Origin: the human T2T-CHM13v2.0 reference genome, Homo sapiens
Length of the DNA: 64,000 bases
Strand: one strand, 5' to 3'
Assembly (NCBI RefSeq): GCF_009914755.1
Contig: NC_060928.1
The position numbers and the translations under genes are program-made. This document shows, in pieces, positions 17,469 to 30,403 of this stretch (position 1 is its first letter; each line of letters opens with the position of its first letter). The notes beneath the pieces were generated by a model. That model searched no databases and was not told the origin of the DNA. It was given only the letters and a program-made list of their open reading frames with translations.

Positions 17469-17809
<341 letters not shown>

Positions 17810-18519
17810 TCAAATTCAAATTCAATTCTTTCTTTGCCATTAAAGAAAGACACTGAAATAGATTATGGAAAATACTGAGGATTATGCCATGTGAAAAAAA
17901 AGGGTTACATGACTACTACTTCAAGTACTATTTAAAAACAGTGAAATCCTTTGGCTCAATAGACCTTATATTAAAACTGTATTTCAAATTAAAAAATTAT
18001 AAATTAACTTTGAAATCTCTAATCTGAATTTTATAAATAAGATCAACTTTGTTTTAAAAATGTATACCAGGCTTTAAAAAATGACTCTAGAATAAAGCAT
18101 TTTTCTTTTCACTTATTTTAAATGGTTACATTTTACTATGTCTTAAATACCTGCCAATCTAACATGGGATATTTGTTTCTCTTGGCCTCAATGTGGAATG
18201 GTAATTCTACTGGTAATAATTGGAAGCCTAGCTGCAGACAGACACATTTTTTAATTGTTTTTTTCTTTTTCCTCCTTATAATAGTTTATACCAAAAAAGG
18301 GTATAATGCATTTAAATATTGGCTTTCCTTGAGAAGCTATGGCATTAAGGAAACAAAGATCAACATAACCCACTCTCGTATAAAACAGGGATAATAATGA
18401 GTTGTCATAGGGCTCATAGGAATAATGCACAGAAAATGCTTACCTGGGTAATGTCTGACACACAGCAAGCATTTGGTGAAAGTCAGTACCATCATCTCTG
18501 CTGTAAGTGTAAAGCTTTG

Positions 18520-19040
18520 CTCTCCAAATATGGTGGCTACATGTGGCTACTGAGCTCAATGCGGCTAGTCAGAACTGAGATGTCATATAAGTGTAAAATG
18601 CATGCTAGATTTTGAGGTCTTTATACAAAAAAAAAAGGTGAATGATGAGAAATTACTCAGTGGGTACGATGTTCATTATTCAGGTGATGGACACATTCAT
18701 TAAATCCGTGACTTTACCACTATGCAGTCCATCCATGTAACAAAATTCTCCTTGTACCCCACAAATTTGTACAAATAAAAATAGATTAATGTTGTCTCTT
18801 CCTAAAACATGTAAACTATCATATCATTTTTATATTGACCACACGTTGAAAAAAGAATGTAAATTATGACATTAATTTTTATATTATGTGTTGAAATGAC
18901 AGTATTTTGGACATAGTATGTTAAATAGGATATTTTGCTAAAATTAATTTCACTTGTTTCTTTTTTACTTTTTCAAATCTGACTGCTAGCTAATTTAAAA
19001 TTACCTATGTGACTTGCATTCTATTTCTACTGGGCAGTGC
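18520..19040. mobile_element. MER33-like hAT-Charlie element interrupted by an L1MA 3' fragment
   Basis: ggctacatgtggctactgag...actgagatg...gtgtaaaat and aaaattaatttcacttgtttctttttactttt...aaaattac segments. Confidence 0.7.
18637..18783 (+). mobile_element. L1MA 3' end fragment
   Basis: gatgagaaattact...gggtac...ggtgatgg...ccatgtaacaaaa...gtacccc...aataaaa. Confidence 0.75.
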
Positions 19041-19047
19041 CATGCAG

Positions 19048-19530
19048 GCCAACGGTTCTCAAAAGGTAGTGAGCATCAATGACCCAGAAGCTTCGTAAAA
19101 ACAGATTGCTGGGTCCACCCCAGAGCGTCTGATTCAGTAGGTCTGGCGGGGCCTGAAATTCTGCATCCCTAACAAATTCCCGGGTGATTCTTGACCTCAC
19201 TTTGAAAACCGCTGGTCTTGGGCCTTGCTTCTTAAAAAAGTAGTCCACGGACCAACATTAACGTCATCACTTAGGATCTTGTTAGAAACGCAAAACCTCA
19301 GGCCCCACCCAGACCTACTGAGCCAGCATGTGCATTTTCACAACATCCCCAGGCTGCGTGTAAACATGTTGAAACTTGAGAGAAATGATATGAAGTAGTG
19401 TCTGTCATCCCTGGGTGAATATAAGGTAAACTTTTACAAACACCAGTACCCCGGCCCCGCCCCTAGAGAGTCAGATTTAATGACTCTGGATGTGACTCGA
19501 GCATCTGCATACGTGAACAGCTGATTCCAG
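19048..19530. mobile_element. Three adjacent MER5A/MER5B-type hAT elements
   Basis: cagattgctgggtccaccccagag...ctgattcagtaggtctgg; second copy ctcaggccccacccagacctactga; third copy ggccccgcccctagagagtcagattt. Confidence 0.7.
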
Positions 19531-20014
19531 ATTAAAGCAAGCACTGAGTCCCATCAGACTGGATGTGGAAAGGCCAGGATCTAGATCATTTGTACATCAT
19601 TAAGGCATAGTTGACACAGATCAAACCATATTAGAGGGTATTTACATCCCAAAAGAGGATCTTGTTAACCCCAATAACTCTACAATTGTTAGAACTGGTG
19701 AGAAAGACCCATATTTTGGAGTAGAGAGGCCTTCTGTTATTCGCTCCACCTCTGTTCCGGCCTTAAATAAACGAGCACGCCAACTTTAAGAGTGTGTCTG
19801 AATAACCTCATTAGTTTGCCGAATGACTTCTCACATTTTCAGGCGGCACCTGAGCGTTGTGTGTTTCACAGAGCTTGGTAAAAATAAAATCCTCACTGTA
19901 AGAGAGAATCTGGGCTCACGCTGGTAACATTTAAAACTTCCAATTCTATATGCAAAGACCATCTGCAGCTTTGCTTCTCACTTTCTTGGTTGAACCTTTC
20001 AGAAAACTTTTAAA

Positions 20015-20190
20015 AGTGCATAATACTTAAGAGTAGAGAGTCTGGAGTCAGGGTGCCTGGGTTCGAATCCTCATCCTGCCACTTACGCGTGGCTGTGGCT
20101 GTAGGTCACTTACTTAGCCTCCCCATACCTCGGTTTCCTCCTCTGTAATGAGACCTTTTTTTATTGGGTTGTTGTGAGGGTGAAAATTGT
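20015..20190 (+). mobile_element. MIR
   Basis: ctggagtcag...cctgggttcgaatcc...gccacttac...cctcggtttcctc core. Confidence 0.8.
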
Positions 20191-20847
20191 TATTTGAAAC
20201 AGCCATGGAAAAATCTGCTGCTTTGTAAATTTTATATGAATGTTGGTTAAATAATCAAAATATATTTGAAAAACTGTGCAGATTTCCATATGTGGCTAAA
20301 TTTAGTAATTTTTAAAAGATACTGTGGTGATTTCCAAGGACTTTCATGGGCGTGAGTTTTTGAACACATATATTTAGAGGGTTTCTCTGAGTGTTGTTTT
20401 ACATTTTTTTCCCAAGACAGCACAGAATTCTCAATTGATTCCTCATCGCTTCCTATTATTTGAGAGGATCCCAGTAGGAAGGAAGTAAATGTAGTTTTCC
20501 CATGAGTATTGTTTTCTAGAGAACATTCTTTACCCCTGCAGTCCTTTGAAGAGTGAGTTGTGCTATAGATGTTTAGAGACCTCCCTGGTCCCTGTCATTC
20601 TAGTGGCATTGTCTAGTATCCCAGGAGAACAATGTGTCATTCTCTTAGTCAAATATTTTAGTGCTTAGGGCGAGGCAGCAAGACCATCTGAAACACTGGC
20701 GTGAGTTTCAAAGACATATTGAAACAGCAGTCATATTCTCCTATAGAAATCAGCTAATGCTGACTAAAAGAAGGGATGGGGATGAACAGGGAAGTGCTGA
20801 AGTCACGCACATTGTAAGCAAAATGAAGGCTAGACTAAGTAGAGTAA

Positions 20848-21199
<352 letters not shown>

Positions 21200-21734
21200 T
21201 GAAGTGAAGCATATGCAAGAAAAATAAGGATACCTGGTAGCTCTGGGCACGTAGCAAGCATCCGTCGGGTCATCTACAGGAACCTCACCCATGGTATGCC
21301 ACCTGCTGAACAATGTAATGCATGCATCGGGCTGGAAACTAAAGCCCATACATTGAGTGACTTTAGACCAGTCATGCAAGCTCCCTACACTTGTGTCCTG
21401 AAAGGCAGATAGAGGCATGGGACTGCAACTGCCTTACTGACTCTTAAACCTATGCTTTCTCTTGGGCTTATCTGGATTACATTCGGCAGTCTGCCATGAT
21501 TTACGCCTTTTTGCAGCACTGTTTGAAAGGAGTCAAATCATACGTCCAATGACTTCTACTGCCTGGTTATTGATGTTAAGTAAATACTTTTTAGTAGGCG
21601 ATTTGTCATCACATGTGTCATTTTGCCATCTGGGTTGAGGTTTATCAAGTGAGGTGAAAATCTTAACAAAAGGTTAAAGGCCCAGTATCATTGAAAGAGA
21701 TTATATAGAAATAACTTCTTAAAACCTCTGTTAG

Positions 21735-22091
<357 letters not shown>

Positions 22092-22229
22092 TAAACTGGC
22101 TGCCTGAATTCTTTGTGTATTTAAAGAGCACCTCTGCTGTTTATGTAACCATGACTTAGCTTTTCTTGTTATTTCTATTCCATTTGAAATTGAGCATATG
22201 CAACAGTCGCTAAATCTGCTATGAAAATT

Positions 22230-22885
22230 GTGAAGCCTTCTCCATGTGGCCCACTGAAGGCCCTGCACGATCTGGTGTTCTGCAGCATTTCTGCCCAGAT
22301 CTCCACCACCTTCCTCCCAGTGCCATTGCCTCCAGCCTCTCTAGCCTCCCTTCCATTGCCTCCCGCCTCTCCAGCCTCCCTTCCATTGCCTCCAGCCTCT
22401 CCAGCCTCCCTTCCATTGCCTCTGGCCCCTCCAGCCTCCCTTCCCTTGCCTCCGGCCCCTCCAGCCTCCCTTCCATTGCCTCCAGCCTCTCCAGCCTCCC
22501 TTCCATTCCTGGACTGTGCCTCATCCAGGGCCCTGGCTTGCCTGGCTCAATGTGATGGGAATGCCTTCCCTGCCCAGTGGCGAATGCCATGCAGCCTCCA
22601 GCTTTCACGTGTCTCTTCCTCAGGAAGGACTTCCCTGCTCCACCAGCGTAGCCCCGCCACCCCCTTTTTTTAACTCGTAAAGAATCACCTTCCTCATTCC
22701 TTCTAAATTCAGGTTCAGTTGCTTGAATTTGTTGGAGTAATTGATCAGAGCCCCTCTCCTCCACTAGCCTATCAGCTCCCGCTTGCCCCTCACATGACTT
22801 ACATTCCTCCCGCAGGTACTGCATTCTGCCTGGCCCTAAGTAGGGGCCAATACGTAGTTGCTGAATAAGTAAATGATTAAATAAG
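22230..22885 (+). mobile_element. L2 fragment hosting a minisatellite
   Basis: aaggccctgcacgatctgg...cttcctcaggaaggacttccctg...gttgctgaataagtaaatga resemble the L2 3' region. Confidence 0.6.
22321..22509. repeat. 30-bp minisatellite, 6 copies plus partial
   Basis: Unit TTCCATTGCCTCCAGCCTCTCCAGCCTCCC in exact 30-bp register. Confidence 0.97.
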
Positions 22886-24860
22886 TTCTGCCGAAGGCAT
22901 TAAGCAACACAAGAGTACATTTTTTGGTTCTATATTTATCAGAACTTGTGAAATAAAAAGTATCTGATCATGTAAAAAGCAAAACATTATGTATTCTAAT
23001 TAAGCAGCTGTTTCCAACCAAGACGATTCTCTGAAACATTGCTTTGTAGCTACATATTTGGTTTAGAAGCTGTCTTAAGAGGCAGGTGCCACTTGCTTTT
23101 CCCTTCAGGATATAATATGTTCTGTTATCTTAATTTGCATTTATTCTAAAATAGATTTCAATAAAACAAGTTACTTGCATTCATATATCATATTCCTAGA
23201 CCTTTTTCACAACCATGTGATACTCTACTAGGGTAGAGTGAGGTCCCTGATAAACATTTCTTCTGATTAGGGTTATTGAGAGAATTATGTATTTGTCTAT
23301 ATATTGCCTGGCAGTTATACCACCTGAAACCATATGTGATTATTTATAATGTAGTTTTATGAGCAGACAGGCAGATATAAAGTAACACATCAACCATGCC
23401 ACCTGGTCAGGCCATAGTCATTCCAATGGTATGAAACTCTTTCTTGTGGCCATATTATGCATAAGTTATAAACAGACAATGAATGGTCACTGACTGAGAA
23501 GACTGGAGATTTGCAATCTTATTTTCTGGCAAATAGCCAAGTCATGTCAACAGGAGAGATAAGGAGAGTTTTGTGTGTCATACACTGTAGAGCAGGGGTC
23601 AAAGCCTGGGATAGGAGAGGGCTTGGTCTTCACTGCATTTATTTGAAAGGAGCTATGGAAACTTTTCTTCTACCACTTGGGCACAGGAAGGCTTGCTATG
23701 GCCCAACAATGTTTTAAAATGTATTCTTTACACATGTGTAAAACACTCTGAAATCATCAAGATACAGCATGAAACGTATCTTTTCTGAGACATTAAAAAA
23801 CTGAATAAATTAATCCAACAAGCCATGGCACAATTCCATAATTACTATGACCACAGAAGTTAATTTAGCAGGGATAGTACATAATACACACCGTGCTAGG
23901 AAAGTGTCCTTGAAACTCACGACGGTGAAGGACGAATTAAGCCCAATGAAGGACAGTTGACCAGCATTCAAGAGGTAGAAGGAACTATAGATTCCTTATA
24001 TCAAGTACATGAGAAAAACTTCCTAAATGAATGAGGCTGGAAACACAAACCCTCAGAGACTGGACATAGGAATATTTTCTGCGTTGTCTGTCTTCTAAGC
24101 AGACTCTCTCTCTACTTCTACTTCTGTGTTAGCAACGACTACAGTGCTGCAGTAATATAGATCTCCTCAGTTCTCAGGTGGCCAAGTGAGGCCTTGGGAA
24201 GCTAAAGTTCCTGGACTGGCCACCTCTGGCTGTTAGCAACCTCATTGGTTTACCTCTGTGCCTGCAAATATTCTTGATTTTATGTATAGTATATTATAGA
24301 GAAGTCTGGAAGGGAATGCTTTAACCAGCAAAGTCAATCCATTAAACAAAAAGGTATGGGAGAGACACGTTAAGAGATCAGTAACCATGTTGTAGTTTAA
24401 AAAAAAAATGCGAAGTCTTTGTTCAGACCCTCGGGGTAAGCAGAAGTAGACTGGTCTCCAGTGGCAGGCATGAGAGGGAATATCCTGCCCGCAGTGATGG
24501 ACATTTTGGTTTCAGGCAGAGAGGCAGGAAGCTGCCCTCTGAATCAGAGTAAATGCTCACATTTTGACCTTCTAGCAAGGGCCCTCTTTTTCTTGGCAAG
24601 AATTCCTTCGAGGATCATTTTCAGTTTGAGGTTCTGTCTGATGTTTTATTTTACAATTAAGTCACTATTCCCATATTCATTACTCTGTAAAATAAGTCAA
24701 GTAGGTAAGAGGTGTGGTAGACACTTCCTTCTGCCTCCTGAGGATCCATTTTGCAGCCTTCCTCACTACAGAATCCTGACAGTACGGCCAGTTAACAACT
24801 GACCTGCCTGGATTCCTTGCAGTTTCTGACCAATAAGCTAAAGGCAAGGCATCCTGTTGA

Positions 24861-25210
<350 letters not shown>

Positions 25211-25705
25211 TGTCCTTTTCTTTCTAACCTTGTTCTGCTCCTCTTTTTGTAGACTGAAATGCAGATGTCATTCTGTGGGGGTGCATGCTAACAGAGAGAT
25301 GATACAGCGATGGAGAGAGGATAGAGAGGAACCTACTCTGGGCTACCTGTCCGTGGGATTTCTTGTTATTTGAGGCAAACCCAACCTGGTGAAATGACTG
25401 TATTGAGGTCATCTGTTCCATGAAAGCTAGAAACAGAAACAAAACAATCATCTAAAAACAACCTTCCTTACATTAGACCGGCTGAACGACAGCAATAAAC
25501 TATTAGGCCTGCCATTAAGATATTAGTTAAAAAATACTTCCAGAAGTTTTGAAAGAACTTCTGGGCATCAACAACGAATGCTTACAACAGTTGTGGCATT
25601 AAGTCTCCGGCCCATTATCATTTCCTAATGGAGCAAAATCTGCCATGAAAAATGAGCCGACATGCCTAACGCCCCGGGAGCTGCATCATTTGAATATTTT
25701 TGACT

Positions 25706-25715
25706 CTAAATATAG
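25706..25715. promoter_or_regulatory. MEF2 consensus site
   Basis: CTAAATATAG matches YTA(W)4TAR in unique sequence; function not shown. Confidence 0.35.
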
Positions 25716-26299
25716 TGAAGTAGTTGGCTCTTTTTTCTAAAACTACAATTTACTGATCAGTGATATCAAGAGAAATAAGAACACAGCAGTGATCAACAGG
25801 AAACACAAAACAGGAACGCATTGTTTATTCTGTTCTCGGTGGACACTGCCAGATCATTGTTCAGAGAGCTTTCAACAGGGTTGCTTCGATGGAGTTTAGG
25901 GAGTTTTTAAATCTAAATTGAAGATGAAATGTGTCCTCGGGACAGAAAAAGCAATTTTGAAAAGGTTATTCAAGGCCATAAGGTATTGACTTTGAGCGTT
26001 TAAAAAAAAAACAAAAAACCTGTAAGAATCTTACTGTGGTTTCTTAAAATGGTGAATGCTGTCAGTCATAATGGAGGGGAAGGTAGGTTTGATTAGGCGG
26101 CCGGTGAATTTTCAGAGTTAAACAAAGTTAAAAATACACAGGCAACATGAAAATTGTTCTAAGCGTTCCTGTGTCATGGTTTCTGATTAAGTATCATGAA
26201 TGGAAGAAATGAATATAAATCATAACGATTCCGTTTTATAACAGACAGTCTCGTGTAAATATTTTGTCTTTCTAGTCACATGTGCCAAGAGCTGTGTGA

Positions 26300-26750
26300 G
26301 AGTGTAATGATGGAGAGCGTGGTCTGTACTTACCCGCCACCATCAAACCCAACTCTATTACTGCCAGCTTCTGTGGCTGCTACAATCTTCTTGGGCTTCA
26401 GTTCTCTTACCCACCAAATAGGCACTGTGTGGCCCTTGACTCATAATTGTTGCGAGGCTTAAATGAGTTAACACATGCAAAGCTCTTAAACAACAGCAAC
26501 TCACAGGAGGCCCTCCCCACGTGTTGGCTGAGGCTGTTTCCATCATCATCTTAAGAGCATGGGCTTGGAGAATCAAGAGTTCTGAGTTAAGTTTCTGGTA
26601 CTTCCTCGAATTAGCTCCCTGGTTTGGGCATAATCGTTGAGCCTCATTTTCCTCATCTGAGCAATGGGAATATCGTTCATTACCTTAAAGCATTAAGAAG
26701 AGGGGTGAAGAATATAATGCTGGAAAACCACACCTGGCACACTGGAATCA
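26300..26750 (+). mobile_element. Two MIR fragments
   Basis: gaggcttaaatgagttaacacatgcaaagc; ttaagagcatgggcttggag...gagcctcattttcctcatctg. Confidence 0.6.
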
Positions 26751-27329
26751 TTAGATACCATTTTGTTTACATTACACGGAAAAAAATTATTTGCAAATTG
26801 ATCTTCAAAAATATAGAGACTTTTACTTTGCTGTTGGGGAAAATGAAATGGATTGGGCACACCTAGATATTGAATTTAATTTCCTTATCATTTATTTCAG
26901 ATAGCTCACATTCAAAGTTTTATGTTTTGGGTTTTTTTTTCTATTTTAATTTTAAACAAGAATACATGGGACTGTCAAACAACTGGATTAAGAAAATCCC
27001 CATATCTGAGCTAATCACTTTGTCCTATGATTGACATAACAGTCTCCTTCGAGCAACAGCATTACCACTGCTTCATTTAGTAAGTAGAGAAGGCTAAAGA
27101 GGAAAGGTAGTGGCGTTAAAAGAAATGACCTGGAAGAAATAGAGAAGAATGGACTTTGTAAGGCCCTGTGAGAGTCTATCATTCCTCTAGCAGGGGGAGG
27201 AGCAGAGTTATAATCCTATCTACCTTGTTACAAACAAATACACACTAACTTAACATTGATTGACTATGGTTATAATGAATGGTAATTGAAGAAGTATCCC
27301 TCTATCACAGCAGTGATTACATTCCAAGG

Positions 27330-27880
27330 AAAGAACTGAGGGTTTGGAACCAGGCACAGCTGATCTCAAGGCGTGGCTTCTCCCATGGCAAGCCATGTCA
27401 CTTTAGGAGAGTTACTTAATCTCCCTGAGCCTGGATTTCCTTATCTATAAATAGCAGACAGGCTGGGCATCGTGGCTCACGCCTGTAATCCCAGCATTTT
27501 GGGAGGCCGGGGCGAGCAAATCACTTGAGGTCAGGAGTTCAAGACCAGCCTGGCCAACATGGTGACACCCTGTCTCTACTAAAAATACAAAAACTAGCCG
27601 TGTGTGGTGGTGTGTACCTGTAATCCCAGCTACTTGGGAGGCTGAGGCAGGAGAATTTGCTTGAACTCAGGAGGTGGAGGTTGCAGTGAGCTGAGATCAT
27701 GCCACTGCACTCCAATCTGGATGTTCATCCATTTTTTTTTTTTTTTGAGGCTCTGTCTCAAAAAAAAAAAAAAAATAGCAGACAACCCCATCTACCTCTC
27801 TGGGAGGTTTCTGAGAGGATTAAATGAGACTTTGCATGAATATTGGCTACTCCATCAAGTGGTTGCAGAGGAGGGGTTCA
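27330..27880 (+). mobile_element. MIR split by an Alu
   Basis: gttacttaatctccctgagcc...tttccttatctataaa, resuming as tacctctc...gaggattaaatgaga. Confidence 0.7.
27461..27775 (+). mobile_element. AluSx-like with rearranged 3' end
   Basis: TSD AATAGCAGACA at 27450-27460 and 27774-27784; internal T15 insertion. Confidence 0.95.
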
Positions 27881-28211
27881 GTAGGCTGTTGTTGCTGTTT
27901 ACCTCTTTTTCCTACTACACTGCAGGCTCCTTGAGGATAGGATTCCTTTAAAAACAAAATACAACCAGTTCCCAGCACAGTGGCTGGTCGCTAGAATGTA
28001 CTGAGTGAATATACACCAAATAAAGCAAGACAGGGATACTTTGAATGGAAAGATCAAACAACAGCAATAATGAATAGCAGGCTTGACTTGTTTAAGTGAA
28101 AATGGTTGAGAGAGACTGGCGTGGACAAACTGAACTGATGCATTGGGGAACAGATTAAGTAAAAAGTACGTAAAAGACAACATCTTCTTCACACACATAT
28201 TTAGAAGGGAA

Positions 28212-28311
28212 AGATAAGCCGTAAGGGACAGAGAAACTGTTATACGACCCGAGGGGATTATAAATAGCATCCTTAAATGGGGCTATTTCTATATAGCCTC
28301 TCTATTTTTTA
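28212..28311. promoter_or_regulatory. Candidate muscle/cardiac enhancer module (GATA, MEF2, CArG)
   Basis: AGATAA 28212-28217; TTATAAATAG 28258-28267; CCTTAAATGG 28271-28280; MEF2-like CTATTTTTAC 28302-28311. Confidence 0.55.
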
Positions 28312-29448
28312 CTTTGTAGAAAGATTGAATGACTTTGACCTATGATTTCTGAGAGCTCTGTCTGATTTCTTTTTTAATTTACAAAAGTTTTTATATAAAA
28401 TTCAGGTCTTCTCATTTCTCTCTGAGCCTCCCTCCTCCCATCTGTCTCCACCCTATCCTAAGTGCCTCCACTTTGGGTACTCTTGGGTTTTATGGCTAAA
28501 TCCAGCAACGCAGATTGTGGGCGGGCAGGTTTCCCGTATTGTTCCTACCGCCCATTTCTCTACAGCATTTCTTAAATAGGGCCTAGTCTGGAGACTTTCA
28601 GGACGAGTGTTATAGTTCTCACTTTTCATTTAACCTTGAATCATAGCTGGAAAGCACATTACGAAACCTAGGTAATCATCCCCTACACATTTTGAAAATT
28701 TGGGAGCAGAAGATGATTTTACAGGTAAAGCCATGACCAGCGCCAGGGTCTAAGAAACATTGTTGCGGCGAATGGGCAGGTGACATCACATGGCGCAGGC
28801 AGCATGTTCCAGATCCAGATCTGAGATGGGAGAGGGCTTTCCACGGGGCCTGCCGGGCTGTTCCGTGAGCACCAGGGCTGCTCCAGCGCCAGCTGCTGCT
28901 TTGTTCTGCCTGGGAGCAGCTTTGTCGGAGACTTGCTACTCAAACCCCTCATGAACTAAATGAGCTGTTAATGCTGTTCGCAATCGTAGACTCATTGAAG
29001 TGTCAGGTGGTAGCATCAATGGAGCAACAGAAAGAGGTTTTCATAGAGAAAGAAAAGAGATACCGACAGAGAAAATGGGGTTTGCAATAATTTCAGTAAG
29101 AATGGATTCAGCGGGGGAAAGAAATTAATAGGCTATATCCTAAAAAGAAAAACAAATAAAATTTGGTGCTTCAAAGTTTCAAATTAGGCACATTTCAGTT
29201 GAGTCATAGCCAGACACTCAAGTACGGCAGTGTGATCTCAGAATCAGTCAACTATCAAAGGAGAATAGCACCATTTAAGATAATTAGAAAAATGACTTCA
29301 GAAATGAGATAATCTCAGAGAGGAATTATTCGTACAAGGCTCGCTGGTGAAACTTCTGAAAAAGAGAACCTTGCAGCTGAGTTCACTTTATAGCATTATA
29401 TTAGGGTATACTTATTTGGTGAATTTTATAATTATACCCTGTAATGAA

Positions 29449-29490
29449 TCTTACCTGCAAAGACAGAGAAAGACTCAATTCAAGCCACCC
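29449..29490 (-). other. Juxtaposed 3'ss/5'ss (recursive splice-site-like motif)
   Basis: Minus strand ttgagtctttctctgtctttgcag|gtaaga, junction at 29455/29454. Confidence 0.4.
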
Positions 29491-30188
29491 TTCTATTTGC
29501 ATATATAACGTTGGGTAAGAGAAGAAGGAATTGGAAAGCTCTTCACCAACGGTGCCCATCACTGTGGCCAAACGTGGGTTCTAAATTGCAGAGCCTCCAC
29601 CATTCTGCAACTTGAACTCTGTTTTCGTGTTACAGATTAAGATCTATCCACTTGGCCTATTTTAAAAACAGTTGCACACATTTGAACACACCTTCGAGAC
29701 TCCAAATTGGACTTCTGTACCACCTTCTATTTTCGGTAACCACAAGGGTGCTGGAAATTCAAGTACTAACAAACGCCACGACCTACAAACTTAAGAACAT
29801 GAGCTGGAGAATACATGATTCCTGGGCCGCAGAACACACCTGCGCTCTGGACTCCAATTATTCTTTGGGGCGTTTGACTTACAGATCAAGGACCAGGTCA
29901 GGTCATCTTTGTTTGGGATGTTTATACTCTTTTTTGTGAAGTCTTCAACATTGCATTGCTCTTTTTCTTAACACTCAAAAGTCAGCTTAAGATCCAGTGT
30001 TAAAGCTTATTTTTGTGTTTCTTTGAGATTAATATGATATTTCCATTTTCCATGAGAAATGAGACTGCCTTCCTTCTACTCTTAAGCAGTCCTGTAGAGA
30101 ACTCCTAATACTCATTCATCTCCACTCACCTTATCCAGATTCGAATTAGCTACAAAGGTACTCAGGGATTCTATGCAATAATTATTCA

Positions 30189-30403
30189 AAATAAAGTCAT
30201 AACAATTTTATTATTTAGCAAAGTATAATTTATGAAATAAATCATATTTATAAGTATAATTAATATATAATTGTGTATTAGATAATAGAGTAATTGCTTA
30301 TCAAATATGGAATATATTTATATATAATCAAGAAATTAAATATAATTTCTTATAATGTTTAAATATAAATTATTAAATATAATTTTAGCAAATAAAGTCA
30401 TAA
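30189..30403. repeat. AT-rich low-complexity tract flanked by 14-bp direct repeats
   Basis: AAATAAAGTCATAA at 30189-30202 and 30390-30403. Confidence 0.75.

Noticed and set aside
18524-18533. Perfect CArG box CCAAATATGG (also CCAATTATGG at 63577)
   Set aside because: Isolated matches at transposon edges with no supporting motif cluster
22219-22824. 201-aa, 150-aa and 103-aa ORFs with repeated peptides
   Set aside because: They result from the stop-free 30-bp minisatellite; no splice or homology support
27445-27454. MEF2 match CTATAAATAG
   Set aside because: Lies in MIR core/Alu TSD; likely incidental
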